DNA of 6,962 nucleotides, from the IMG/VR virus record IMGVR_UViG_2690316099_000001. One strand, given 5' to 3'. Shown here one piece after another: positions 1 through 6,962 of this stretch. The notes under the pieces were generated by a model. That model saw only the letters and a program-made list of their open reading frames with translations, made no database searches and was not told where the DNA came from. Numbering within the stretch: the first letter of the stretch is position 1; the number at the start of each line of letters is the position of its first letter. Made by a program: the position numbers and the translations under genes. Source of the stretch: a virus. Taxonomy: Duplodnaviria > Heunggongvirae > Uroviricota > Caudoviricetes.

Positions 1-47
1 ATACACTAAATCAGTAAGTTGGCAGCATCACCTCATTCGTCTGTTCC

Positions 48-554
48 TTAAATCTTCCAGGAAATTTCTGCATTGCCGTCAGCATCACCGGCACCTGTGA
101 ATTCAGCGTTGGTCAGCACCACGTTTTTGCCACTGACTGACGTGGACATGAATCCACCCAGCGGCACTTTGATGGATTCATCAGTGGAGACGACAACGTA
201 TACCGGATCGCCTTTTTTGATAGTGCTGGCATCAAAATCAGAACCGAGATTAACGGTCACGTAGCCACGCTTCATGGCGTCGCCCGGGAAGTTCTTGCCT
301 GTTCCCACCTGGCGAACCATGTCCGGCTGCGACGTGGTCGGATAAGGGCGCACGTAGATCCCCTTCACCTTGTCTGCGGTATCACCATCTGCCAGCGGCA
401 CGAAAAAACCGTCATCATCGTATTTACCAGCCAGGCCATAGGCAGCGAAGGCGTTATCGGATTTAAGGACCACCGGTTCGACGGTTAAGTCCTGCGGGCG
501 AGAGACAGCCCCGGCAATGCCAACAGGCATCCGGTACAGAAATACATTATTCAT
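48..554 (-). CDS. putative phage head structural protein (possible decoration/cement-type protein; function not established)
   Basis: 168-aa ORF with ATG at 554..552 and TAA at 50..48. It starts 3 nt after the stop of the upstream 406-aa gene, with AAAGGG about 6 nt upstream of the ATG. Its position after the protease/scaffold-like gene in a head module suggests a structural role. No motif I can name with certainty. Confidence 0.55.
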   Translation of the reverse strand: MNNVFLYRMPVGIAGAVSRPQDLTVEPVVLKSDNAFAAYGLAGKYDDDGFFVPLADGDTADKVKGIYVRPYPTTSQPDMVRQVGTGKNFPGDAMKRGYVTVNLGSDFDASTIKKGDPVYVVVSTDESIKVPLGGFMSTSVSGKNVVLTNAEFTGAGDADGNAEISWKI

Positions 555-557
555 TTT

Positions 558-1778
558 TTACCCTTTACGGTTTGCCCAGAATTCAGCGTTTTGTTTGTTC
601 AGGGAAGCGATACTGGTCATGCCCATGTTTAGGCGCTGTGCATCGCCGGTGGTGGCGCGGGTGTTTCGCCCTTTGGCAACCTCAGACACGGCATTAAACG
701 CCATGTCGACCGATTGTTTCGGTAATTTGCGGATATCCGCATCACCGACTATCTGGCGAACCAGCGTTTTGTCAGCAGAAGCCAGAACCTCGCGTTTGAA
801 CGCGGTCGGTTTCATCTTACGGCTCAGATCGATACCCGGAACGATAACTTCGGCACGCCAGGCTGAGTCACCAGTAATCGTGGTTTCCTCTTCATCGTCC
901 TCGCCGTCACCGGTCGGATTATCGTCAGGCTTATTATCGTTATCGCCCGTGGCATTTCTTTCCAGCTTAGCCAGCAGGGCTTTCAGTAATGTTTTGAGGT
1001 CATCATCACTGTCGCCGGTTGGATCTCCGCCCATCTCTGGTGCTTTGTCCGGTAGTGGTTGCTGCGGGGACAGGTTGATGTTGAGATTAACGCCCTGCGG
1101 CAAATCCCCCTCATCTCCTGTAACCGATGCGGGAGCCGACTCCACCAGTTCGTTCATGGTGTCGGCATCTCCTGTCTTGATGGCCGCACGCATGCGGTTC
1201 CACCAGTTTTTCTTTTGATTTGCCATTGTGTCTCTGTCTCCAATTGCACAACGATTTCCGGCTCTGCCTTTAGGGACAAGAGCCACATGGTTTCCGGTAA
1301 TATCGACCTGCTCGGCTTTACCTGGCTCGGTCTGCTCGTACTCCGCGTCATAGCCGCACGACACTTCGCGCAGGCCATCTTCGATAAGCTGAATGGCGCT
1401 TTCGTCTTTGACGATAAGGTCAGCCAGCATCAAATCAGACTGCTCACCCGTCCCGCGCCGGACATTCTGGAGGTGCCCGACAGCAAGCTCTTTCCAGTTC
1501 TCGGGATTTACCAGCCGCACATTCCCGTTTTCATCTTCAGGATGCAGGATCGTGATGCTCATCCCTTCGAATGAGGCAAGCGTGGCCGGATGGAATACCT
1601 GCTCAGGAGAACGCGTGACGACTATTTCACCGAACTTATCGGGTTTCAGTTTTGGCAGGTCATCAGCACCATAGAGCTGCTTACCTGTTCGTCCTATCGG
1701 CACGTCTTTGCACAGCAACGAGCCGTCAGCCAGGCGGTATCGGGTTTCCCCGAGCCTGGTCTCAAAAAAGTATTTCAT
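558..1778 (-). CDS. putative prohead protease / scaffold-like head assembly protein
   Basis: 406-aa ORF with ATG at 1778..1776, 3 nt after the TAA of the Mu F-like gene, and TAA at 560..558. It has a globular N-terminal half, then a long acidic Asp/Glu/Gly/Thr-rich low-complexity stretch (TGDNDNKPDDNPTGDGEDDEEE) and a helical segment (DDLKTLLKALLAKLERN). This architecture resembles fused protease-scaffold proteins of phage head modules; the family assignment is inference. Confidence 0.55.
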   Translation of the reverse strand: MKYFFETRLGETRYRLADGSLLCKDVPIGRTGKQLYGADDLPKLKPDKFGEIVVTRSPEQVFHPATLASFEGMSITILHPEDENGNVRLVNPENWKELAVGHLQNVRRGTGEQSDLMLADLIVKDESAIQLIEDGLREVSCGYDAEYEQTEPGKAEQVDITGNHVALVPKGRAGNRCAIGDRDTMANQKKNWWNRMRAAIKTGDADTMNELVESAPASVTGDEGDLPQGVNLNINLSPQQPLPDKAPEMGGDPTGDSDDDLKTLLKALLAKLERNATGDNDNKPDDNPTGDGEDDEEETTITGDSAWRAEVIVPGIDLSRKMKPTAFKREVLASADKTLVRQIVGDADIRKLPKQSVDMAFNAVSEVAKGRNTRATTGDAQRLNMGMTSIASLNKQNAEFWANRKG

Positions 1779-1781
1779 GGG

Positions 1782-2564
1782 TTATGCTGCCCTTTTCATT
1801 GCGAATGGAACGCGAACAAACACGATCTCTTTATAGCAGCGGCAGTTTGGCAGCTCGCCCGCGTGGCCGGTCATGCCGTCCAAAGTTGGAGGTGAATCCC
1901 AGCGGACGAATTTACCTTTCATGTGATCGTGGGAATCTCGGACATCGCCATCATCGGCTGTACGCCAAATATAACCATCCGAGCCAATAGCTATCGCTCG
2001 GGCCATATCCAGCGCGCCCGTTGCTCTTCCCAGTTCCGTTCGGGCAATCAGATCGGCCCTAGACTTAGCAACATCGCCGGTAGATGCAATCTCTTTAGCA
2101 AACTGCTCCGCCCGACCACCGGTGACAACAGCCTCTATCGCTTTGTTCTGGATGTCGTACACCCTGTCTGCGGCCTCGAGAGGCAGAGATTTGATGTACT
2201 TGACCTGTTCGGCGATGATGGATTGCATCACCTGGCCCACAGGAGCGCTTTCCACAAGATTGCGGAGCTCGCGACTGATGTTCTTGCTGTGTTGCCGCCA
2301 AACTTTCTCGTTCTGCCGGGTTAGGTCCGCAGTAAAGTTTTCCGCGACCTTTGTCGCCCAGGGGGTGATGATTTCACTGTAACGCTCCAGCGCCGCAATA
2401 ATTTCCGTGATACTGTCATTTGAACCATCGTAGCGACCATTTACGATGTCTCCGACCGCCCTCGCTATCCTGCGTAGGCTGGTTCGATACCGGATTTCCG
2501 CCTGACGGCTCCTGCGGTTCGTCATCAGGTTCGCCGATGCCGGGCGGCGCTTCATCTTCGGCAT
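1782..2564 (-). CDS. phage head morphogenesis protein, Mu F / SPP1 gp7 family
   Basis: 260-aa ORF. The C-terminal region (WRTADDGDVRDSHDHMKGKFVRWDSPPTLDGMTGHAGELPNCRCY) matches the conserved core of minor head / F-like proteins. GAGGA lies about 8 nt upstream of the ATG at 2564. The 5' end overlaps the portal 3' end out of frame, so the true start may be internal (for example ATG at 2525). Confidence 0.8.
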   Translation of the reverse strand: MPKMKRRPASANLMTNRRSRQAEIRYRTSLRRIARAVGDIVNGRYDGSNDSITEIIAALERYSEIITPWATKVAENFTADLTRQNEKVWRQHSKNISRELRNLVESAPVGQVMQSIIAEQVKYIKSLPLEAADRVYDIQNKAIEAVVTGGRAEQFAKEIASTGDVAKSRADLIARTELGRATGALDMARAIAIGSDGYIWRTADDGDVRDSHDHMKGKFVRWDSPPTLDGMTGHAGELPNCRCYKEIVFVRVPFAMKRAA

Positions 2565-3498
2565 TCTCGATGTCCTCGTCGGTAATGGATGCCCCGATGC
2601 CGGTTACGTCAGAATTTTCTCGCAAATCAGTCATAGCGGCTTTCAGTGTCATCAGACCATCACCCAGCGCCGTACTGATTGCGTTGGTGGTGTTTAACGC
2701 CACCGTTGAGCGATCGACATCAGACATTTGCCAGAGCGGGTTAAACTCAAACGTGAAATCGTCCGGCAGCGGCTTGCCAAGTTCCGAACGATGCATGATG
2801 TCCAGTATCCGCCGCACCGGAAGACGTAAACGCCTCTCCTGCAACGAACTGATGCGATCGTAATAGTTGGCAAGGTCTGCATCACCGGTAGAAAATCCTT
2901 TCGGGGACTGTCCGAACAACCGCACCAGTGGGATACCAACAGCGCCACTAATCTGTTCTACAAACTGCGAAAGGATGTCATCCAGACCACTGAAGCTGTA
3001 CTGATGGGTTTCAAACTTATCCCGCGAGTCCATGAGCGTCATGCCTTCATTACTCTGGAACTGTCGAATCAGGTCGATATTCTTCAGCAACGCTTCATAC
3101 GCAGGACCACCAAGTGCGATAAGCTCGCGTAGCTTCTCCACGCTGTAGGTACGCAAATGCGCCTTGTAGACCAGCTGCGCCGCGCCGACAGTAGCGCTGT
3201 CGAACGCGGTAAGACGATCCCAGATACGCTCTACAACCGACATTCCCCATTCGTTCTCGGTCATCTTCTGCTGAAATGGCAACGTGACGCCATCAAAGCG
3301 AATCAGGCGACTGTGATGAATGCGCCAGGCAGGAATTCCCGTTGCTGTGGTCACCACATCGTAAAACTCAGGTTTACCCAGGTCCGGCCCCATATCTTTA
3401 ATGCGGCGGGTCAGTGCCGGGTCGACCATCCAGCGGTCGAGCGGGAGAATCCCCTTAAACTTGCCCTTACCGATGGTTTCGGGTCGCAGCGGGGTCAT
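2416..3498 (-). CDS. phage portal protein (largest uninterrupted ORF; C-terminal about 360 aa of the portal reading frame)
   Basis: 360-aa ORF lying between the large terminase and the Mu F-like gene, the canonical portal position. It has an acidic C-terminal tail (DEDIENAEDEAPPGIGEPDDEPQEP). ATG at 3498 is preceded by GAGGGG. The same frame is open upstream to an ATG at 3882 apart from two TAG codons. Confidence 0.75.
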   Translation of the reverse strand: MTPLRPETIGKGKFKGILPLDRWMVDPALTRRIKDMGPDLGKPEFYDVVTTATGIPAWRIHHSRLIRFDGVTLPFQQKMTENEWGMSVVERIWDRLTAFDSATVGAAQLVYKAHLRTYSVEKLRELIALGGPAYEALLKNIDLIRQFQSNEGMTLMDSRDKFETHQYSFSGLDDILSQFVEQISGAVGIPLVRLFGQSPKGFSTGDADLANYYDRISSLQERRLRLPVRRILDIMHRSELGKPLPDDFTFEFNPLWQMSDVDRSTVALNTTNAISTALGDGLMTLKAAMTDLRENSDVTGIGASITDEDIENAEDEAPPGIGEPDDEPQEPSGGNPVSNQPTQDSEGGRRHRKWSLRWFK

Positions 3499-3882
3499 TG
3501 GTGCCTACCCCTCAATCATGATGAAACCCACCGCGCCGCCGTAGAGGCGCGACCATTTCAGCACGTCATTCAGCGCATCCCAGATTTGCAACTCATCCAG
3601 TTGTGATTCGAGAATGCCACGATCTTTTGCATCAATTTCCGAAGTGATGCGAATGCCTTTGCGGGTCATATCATCCGGGATAGCATCGACTGCTTCGCCG
3701 ATGATCTAGGATGAACGATAGGACCATTCCACCAGCATGCGGTTACGACTGGTGAAATTAGCCCGGTAGGTGGATGCTGAGTGCTGGTTAGGTGTCTGCA
3801 TCCCTACGCGGGCAATAAAATTCTCATAACCATCAGCTGTGGCCTGCACAGTTCGCCGCAGGGCTTGTTTGTTTCGTGCCAT
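3499..3882 (-). pseudogene. N-terminal part of the portal reading frame, separated from the main ORF by two in-frame TAG codons (3708..3706 and 3507..3505)
   Basis: ATG at 3882..3880 shares one base with the terL stop (TGA 3884..3882) and has GGGGAG upstream. Hand translation in this frame gives MARNKQALRRTVQATADGYENFIARVGMQTPNQHSASTYRANFTSRNRMLVEWSYRSS, then TAG, then IIGEAVDAIPDDMTRKGIRITSEIDAKDRGILESQLDELQIWDALNDVLKWSRLYGGAVGFIMIEG, then TAG, then AP and the MTPLRPE start of the 360-aa ORF. There is no frameshift. Confidence 0.6.
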
Positions 3883-5285
3883 CAGGCCTGTCTCCCCAGC
3901 TGTTCCCAGATATCCAGCGATGTATCGATTGGCGCGAAGGCCATAATGAATGCATCAGCAACGTTTGGTGACGGTATCTCGCGTTTTGCGAGGTCTTTTT
4001 TACTTTCGACCATCACACGTCCGTTACGGTCGAAATCACGATGAGGTGTTGTCAGTTCCAGTTTCAGCTTTTCAAGCAACGGACAACGAGAATCTATGCT
4101 GATCAGCTCATCCACAGGATACTGTTCTCCGTTGTTAATGGCGTTAAACGTATTTCTGAAACGGTCAGCCACCAGCCACCATGCCTGAGCCTTAAGATTT
4201 GCGAAAAAGTCTTTGTTGGGGATGCCGTTGTACTCGTCATCTGGCTCATGCACACCAGCACCGGCGTTAAACCTCTGGTAATTCACACGTCGCGCGTATG
4301 CGTTCTCGCTCTTCCGGTCAGCGTTAATTTCAGAGAATTTAGCACCGGCAGACGCACCAACACCGATAGAGTCGTAAACAATATCTGCTTCACGCTCCAG
4401 CGCCGCCTGATAAGTACGCTGGCAGCTCTTCAGTAATTCATCTTCTTTGGCCTTCCATTCGTCGGCCCAGAAAACAACGGATCCGTGACGGTAAACGTTA
4501 GCGCACTTATCTGTACCACTGTCAGCCACGTCAAAGCCAATACGCTTTCTTCCACTGGGTTCGAAATTTAACGTTTTGTGCGCATCCACTGCGGCTTCTA
4601 TCCAAGACAGTTTGATGATTGCCGCATCATCATCAGACTCCGGAACGCCCTCATACACATGTTTAAAACCATCCGGATCACGGCGTCGCGCCGCGTCGAT
4701 AACCTTAAGCATGGTGTCAGACAGAAACGGATTTTCGTCATAGTTAATTTTGCGGATGAGAGTGCCTTCGGGCGGATCAACAACGAAGTTGCGCCAGACG
4801 AAATCAGTAACAAGTCCGGGGTTGAATATGAACCAGCATTCCGAACCCTCTTTACGGATCGTTGGCTCCAGAATTTTCCACTGGTATTCCGTCAGTGCGT
4901 GGGCTTCTTCCAGCCACAACACATCGATCCCCTCCAGTGACTTAATTTCTTCGATGTTGCGCCATAATCCATAAAAAACAAATTCCGAGCCAGTAACCCG
5001 GTTAATGATTTTGTTGTTCAGAATACGGAAACGGTGCCGCAGACCAAACCTGTCTATCTGAATTTTGAGCAGGGTATACACCGACTCTTCGATTTTATTC
5101 TGGATCTGACGGGCACAACAAAAACGCAGGGTGTATTTATTCGACAGAAATATGGCAATGCCAGCGGCATCCCATGATTTTGACGATGACCGACCACCAT
5201 AAAGCACTTTGTTACGTGCCCGCATAGTCCAGAAACTACGTAAAGCCGGATTCAGCGTCGGTTTGGATGTCAGAGTAGAAGTCAT
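3882..5285 (-). CDS. terL: terminase large subunit
   Basis: Long ORF (maximal extent 3882..5393) with a P-loop-like motif near the N-terminus (VLYGGRSSSKSW), a Walker B-like DVLWLEEAH, and a C-terminal nuclease-like region with conserved acidic residues (GFDVADSGTD, VADAFIMAF). The first 50 or so codons of the maximal ORF overlap the terS 3' end out of frame, so the start is more likely internal. Chosen start is ATG 5285 (GGAGAG about 10 nt upstream); alternatives are ATG 5312 and ATG 5225. Confidence 0.8.
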   Translation of the reverse strand: MTSTLTSKPTLNPALRSFWTMRARNKVLYGGRSSSKSWDAAGIAIFLSNKYTLRFCCARQIQNKIEESVYTLLKIQIDRFGLRHRFRILNNKIINRVTGSEFVFYGLWRNIEEIKSLEGIDVLWLEEAHALTEYQWKILEPTIRKEGSECWFIFNPGLVTDFVWRNFVVDPPEGTLIRKINYDENPFLSDTMLKVIDAARRRDPDGFKHVYEGVPESDDDAAIIKLSWIEAAVDAHKTLNFEPSGRKRIGFDVADSGTDKCANVYRHGSVVFWADEWKAKEDELLKSCQRTYQAALEREADIVYDSIGVGASAGAKFSEINADRKSENAYARRVNYQRFNAGAGVHEPDDEYNGIPNKDFFANLKAQAWWLVADRFRNTFNAINNGEQYPVDELISIDSRCPLLEKLKLELTTPHRDFDRNGRVMVESKKDLAKREIPSPNVADAFIMAFAPIDTSLDIWEQLGRQA

Positions 5286-5820
5286 TGAGGTCACGCTCTC
5301 CATTGCCATCATCAATACCTGCATCACGGCGAAGACGATCAGCCTCCAGAGACACCTTATCAGTGGCGGCCTTGCGGTAGGCTGTATCAGCAAATATTTT
5401 TCCTACCGTCGCAAGCGTGCCAACGATGGACTCAATACGAACTGTATTGCGCATCATTGCTTTCTCGGCGGCGCTGATATTTTCAATCAGCATCTTCCTT
5501 TCCTGGTCCCCATTAGCATCTTCCAGCGACACCAACCACCGACCAATATTCTCTGCAGCGACAAGGTTGTTAGCACGAAGGCGAAATAATTCGTCCTCGA
5601 GCGTCAACGCTTTAGCGTCCTCTATCACCTCATCTTTGAGCAGAAGGCGACGGGCATAACCACCGTGTTTTAATGCCTGCTGGTTACCGGGTTGGAATGG
5701 GTTAGTCGGGGGATCGGTACGCATTCCGCGTATCGGTTTCGTATCCGGTGTAGATTCTGTTTTTAGTTGCGTACTTTTTTGTGTAAGGCCAGTAATGGCA
5801 GGCTTTCTGCTGGTACGCAC
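5236..5820 (-). CDS. terS: terminase small subunit (start uncertain)
   Basis: ORF immediately upstream of and overlapping terL, containing the motif NPFQPGNQQALKHGGY typical of many small terminase subunits. Stop is TAG at 5238..5236. The listed start is GTG at 5820, but the frame stays open upstream to the N block at 5895; an internal ATG at 5724 is an alternative start. Confidence 0.65.
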   Translation of the reverse strand: MRTSRKPAITGLTQKSTQLKTESTPDTKPIRGMRTDPPTNPFQPGNQQALKHGGYARRLLLKDEVIEDAKALTLEDELFRLRANNLVAAENIGRWLVSLEDANGDQERKMLIENISAAEKAMMRNTVRIESIVGTLATVGKIFADTAYRKAATDKVSLEADRLRRDAGIDDGNGERDLNDFYSDIQTDAESGFT

Positions 5821-5872
5821 TTTCCTTTTTTGCGTACCATTTTTGCAAACCTGCGTACCGCCACTGCGTGCC
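5716..5872. repeat. cluster of TGCGTACC / GGTACGCA octamer repeats with flanking T-tracts (candidate pac or TerS-binding site, or operator array)
   Basis: Copies at 5716-5723 (GGTACGCA), 5767-5774 (TTGCGTAC), 5812-5819 (GGTACGCA), 5831-5838 (TGCGTACC), 5852-5859 (TGCGTACC) and a variant at 5865-5872 (TGCGTGCC). Two direct copies are 21 bp apart. 5812-5838 forms an inverted pair GGTACGC...GCGTACC. By eye I found only one other full octamer in the window (3148-3155). Confidence 0.5.
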
Positions 5873-5895
5873 CAACCAAGCTTTTTGGCCCTCTT

Positions 5896-5945
5896 NNNNN
5901 NNNNNNNNNNNNNNNNNNNNNNNNNNNNNNNNNNNNNNNNNNNNN
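5896..5945. other. 50-nt run of N (masked or unresolved sequence) inside the 5' region of the small terminase locus
   Basis: Direct observation of n characters. Confidence 0.95.
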
Positions 5946-6018
5946 GTAACGCCGTATTTCTCGCCTATATCACGGAGGCTAAGGACTCCGGCCCGGTATG
6001 CCGATTCGATGGCCTCCC
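5946..6018 (-). other. unmasked island between N blocks; minus-strand frame encodes a helix-turn-helix-like peptide (EAIESAYRAGVLSLRDIGEKYGVT), possibly the small terminase N-terminal DNA-binding domain or a separate small HTH protein
   Basis: Only one of the three minus frames is open across the island, and its hydrophobic pattern and the GEKYGV turn resemble HTH DNA-binding segments. It is out of register by one nucleotide with the terS frame across the 50-nt N block. Confidence 0.3.
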
Positions 6019-6247
6019 NNNNNNNNNNNNNNNNNNNNNNNNNNNNNNNNNNNNNNNNNNNNNNNNNNNNNNNNNNNNNNNNNNNNNNNNNNNNNNNNNN
6101 NNNNNNNNNNNNNNNNNNNNNNNNNNNNNNNNNNNNNNNNNNNNNNNNNNNNNNNNNNNNNNNNNNNNNNNNNNNNNNNNNNNNNNNNNNNNNNNNNNNN
6201 NNNNNNNNNNNNNNNNNNNNNNNNNNNNNNNNNNNNNNNNNNNNNNN
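6019..6247. other. 229-nt run of N (masked or unresolved sequence) covering the divergent intergenic region between terS and the DedA-like gene
   Basis: Direct observation of n characters. Confidence 0.95.
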
Positions 6248-6263
6248 AGAAGGAAAGACATTG

Positions 6264-6773
6264 ATGGAGTGGATAAATGCTTTGATGAACTATTTTGTAC
6301 TTCATCCATATCGCCTATGGGGGCTTCTTTTTATAATAGCGTTCACAAAATCCACTTTACTCATTTCGGCGATATTGCCACCAGCATCAATTATGATGGC
6401 CACTGTAATTACAGTCAGCAAGACGACTCTTTCACCATGGGAAGCTGGAATCACGGTCATGAGTGGCGCATGGTGCGGTACTATCGTTAATTACCATCTT
6501 GGTATAATAATTGGGCATATCCCTCAACTTGCATGTATAATATCAAGCCGTTCCAATACAATAGAACGGGTTCGCCTTCAGTTGCAAAATAACTCTGTGT
6601 CAATACTTTTCACTTCGCGCTTTATCGCCGTGCTGCGTTATATTGCTCCTTTGGTGGCAGGAATGTTGCAACTTCATCCAGTGAAAGTGTATACAGTGAG
6701 TCTGATTTCAGCTGCTAGCTGGTCAGCACTTTATGTTGGTAGTTTTAGCTTCGTGTTGCCTTTTTTTAGCTAA
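6264..6773 (+). CDS. DedA/TVP38-like small integral membrane protein
   Basis: ATG at 6264 is preceded by AAGGA about 9 nt upstream; TAA at 6771..6773. The 169-aa product is very hydrophobic with several predicted transmembrane segments, and the segment SRFIAVLRYIAPLVAGM resembles the DedA-family signature (R-F/Y-x3-R-x-h-P-x-h-A-G). The gene is visibly AT-richer than the phage genes. Confidence 0.5.
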   Translation: MEWINALMNYFVLHPYRLWGLLFIIAFTKSTLLISAILPPASIMMATVITVSKTTLSPWEAGITVMSGAWCGTIVNYHLGIIIGHIPQLACIISSRSNTIERVRLQLQNNSVSILFTSRFIAVLRYIAPLVAGMLQLHPVKVYTVSLISAASWSALYVGSFSFVLPFFS

Positions 6774-6962
6774 ACTGCCCATAAAAAGCTCTTGCGAATC
6801 CAGCTTCCCCCATTCCTCTGACAACAGAATCTGATTTGAAGGATAATGAGTAAAATTACCGCTACCCCCCAAGGCATTGGATCCTGATGTACTCCTGAAG
6901 CATTCTCAATGCTGTCTGGTCGCTGATGATTCCGTCCCGGATACCGAGAACGTTTCGTCCAG

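Noticed and set aside
1-47. Start of the next downstream minus-strand gene (expected major capsid protein) within positions 1-47
   Set aside because: All three minus-strand frames contain stop codons in this stretch, so it appears to be an intergenic spacer; the next gene must begin beyond the window edge.
1782-2564. Possibility that the Mu F-like protein carries a C-terminal polymorphic toxin domain, as some MuF proteins do
   Set aside because: At 260 aa the protein ends shortly after the conserved F-like core (NCRCY), and it is followed 3 nt later by a structural gene with no immunity-like ORF.
1154-4813. Short minus-strand ORFs embedded in other frames of the phage genes (1154..1378, 2095..2301, 2694..2948, 4598..4813)
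   Set aside because: They lie in alternative frames of well-supported genes, with no RBS or sequence features suggesting genuine overlapping genes.
5286-5393. N-terminal extension of the maximal large-terminase ORF (MLIQPTARPPLIRCLWRLIVFAVMQVLMMAMESVT...)
   Set aside because: It overlaps the terS 3' coding region out of frame and looks non-native; an internal ATG is a more plausible start.
517-5659. Many plus-strand ORFs of 60-233 aa (for example 517..1218, 1059..1574, 1923..2324, 2420..2863, 3157..3606, 4041..4436, 4578..4940, 5209..5589)
   Set aside because: All lie antisense to the confidently coding minus-strand phage genes. Their translations are low-complexity (Ser/Arg/Cys/Pro-rich), with no RBS or motif support, as expected for open antisense frames of GC-rich coding DNA.
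5767-6773. ORFs whose translations contain long runs of X (5767..5949, 5795..6490, the upstream part of 5868..6773, 5965..6309, 5979..6305, 5998..6264)
   Set aside because: These are artefacts of reading through the N-masked blocks. Only the portion 6264..6773 of the plus-strand frame is supported as a real gene.
6862-6962. Possible 3' end of a minus-strand gene entering from beyond the window (frame reading ...GRNVLGIRDGIISDQTALRMLQEYIRIQCLGG, stop TAG at 6862..6864)
   Set aside because: Only about 33 codons are visible and a second minus frame and a plus frame are also open here; too little sequence to support a call.
1-6962. CRISPR arrays, tRNA genes, integrase or attachment sites, or a recognisable defence or toxin-antitoxin system
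   Set aside because: No repeat-spacer periodicity, no tRNA-like sequence and no ORF with defence-associated motifs was found by eye. The window is dominated by canonical packaging and head genes. Anything novel would have to be within the N-masked 279 nt, which cannot be assessed.

Overview
This window is a tailed-phage (probably prophage) DNA-packaging and head-morphogenesis module, all on the minus strand, running from high to low coordinates: small terminase, large terminase, portal, Mu F/SPP1 gp7-like head morphogenesis protein, a 406-aa putative protease/scaffold protein and a 168-aa putative head structural protein. The genes are tightly coupled: the terL stop and portal ATG share one base, and the last three genes are separated by 3-nt spacers. 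Upstream of terS there are two N-masked blocks (5896-5945 and 6019-6247), then a divergently oriented, visibly AT-richer plus-strand gene for a DedA-like membrane protein (6264-6773). I do not see a recognisable defence, toxin or other novel multi-gene system here. The two observations most worth a second look are (1) the portal reading frame, which starts exactly at the terL stop and runs into the 360-aa ORF in the same frame but passes through two in-frame TAG codons, and (2) a cluster of TGCGTACC/GGTACGCA octamers at the 5' end of terS, a candidate pac or TerS-binding site. All functional calls are from motif recognition by eye; no database search was run.
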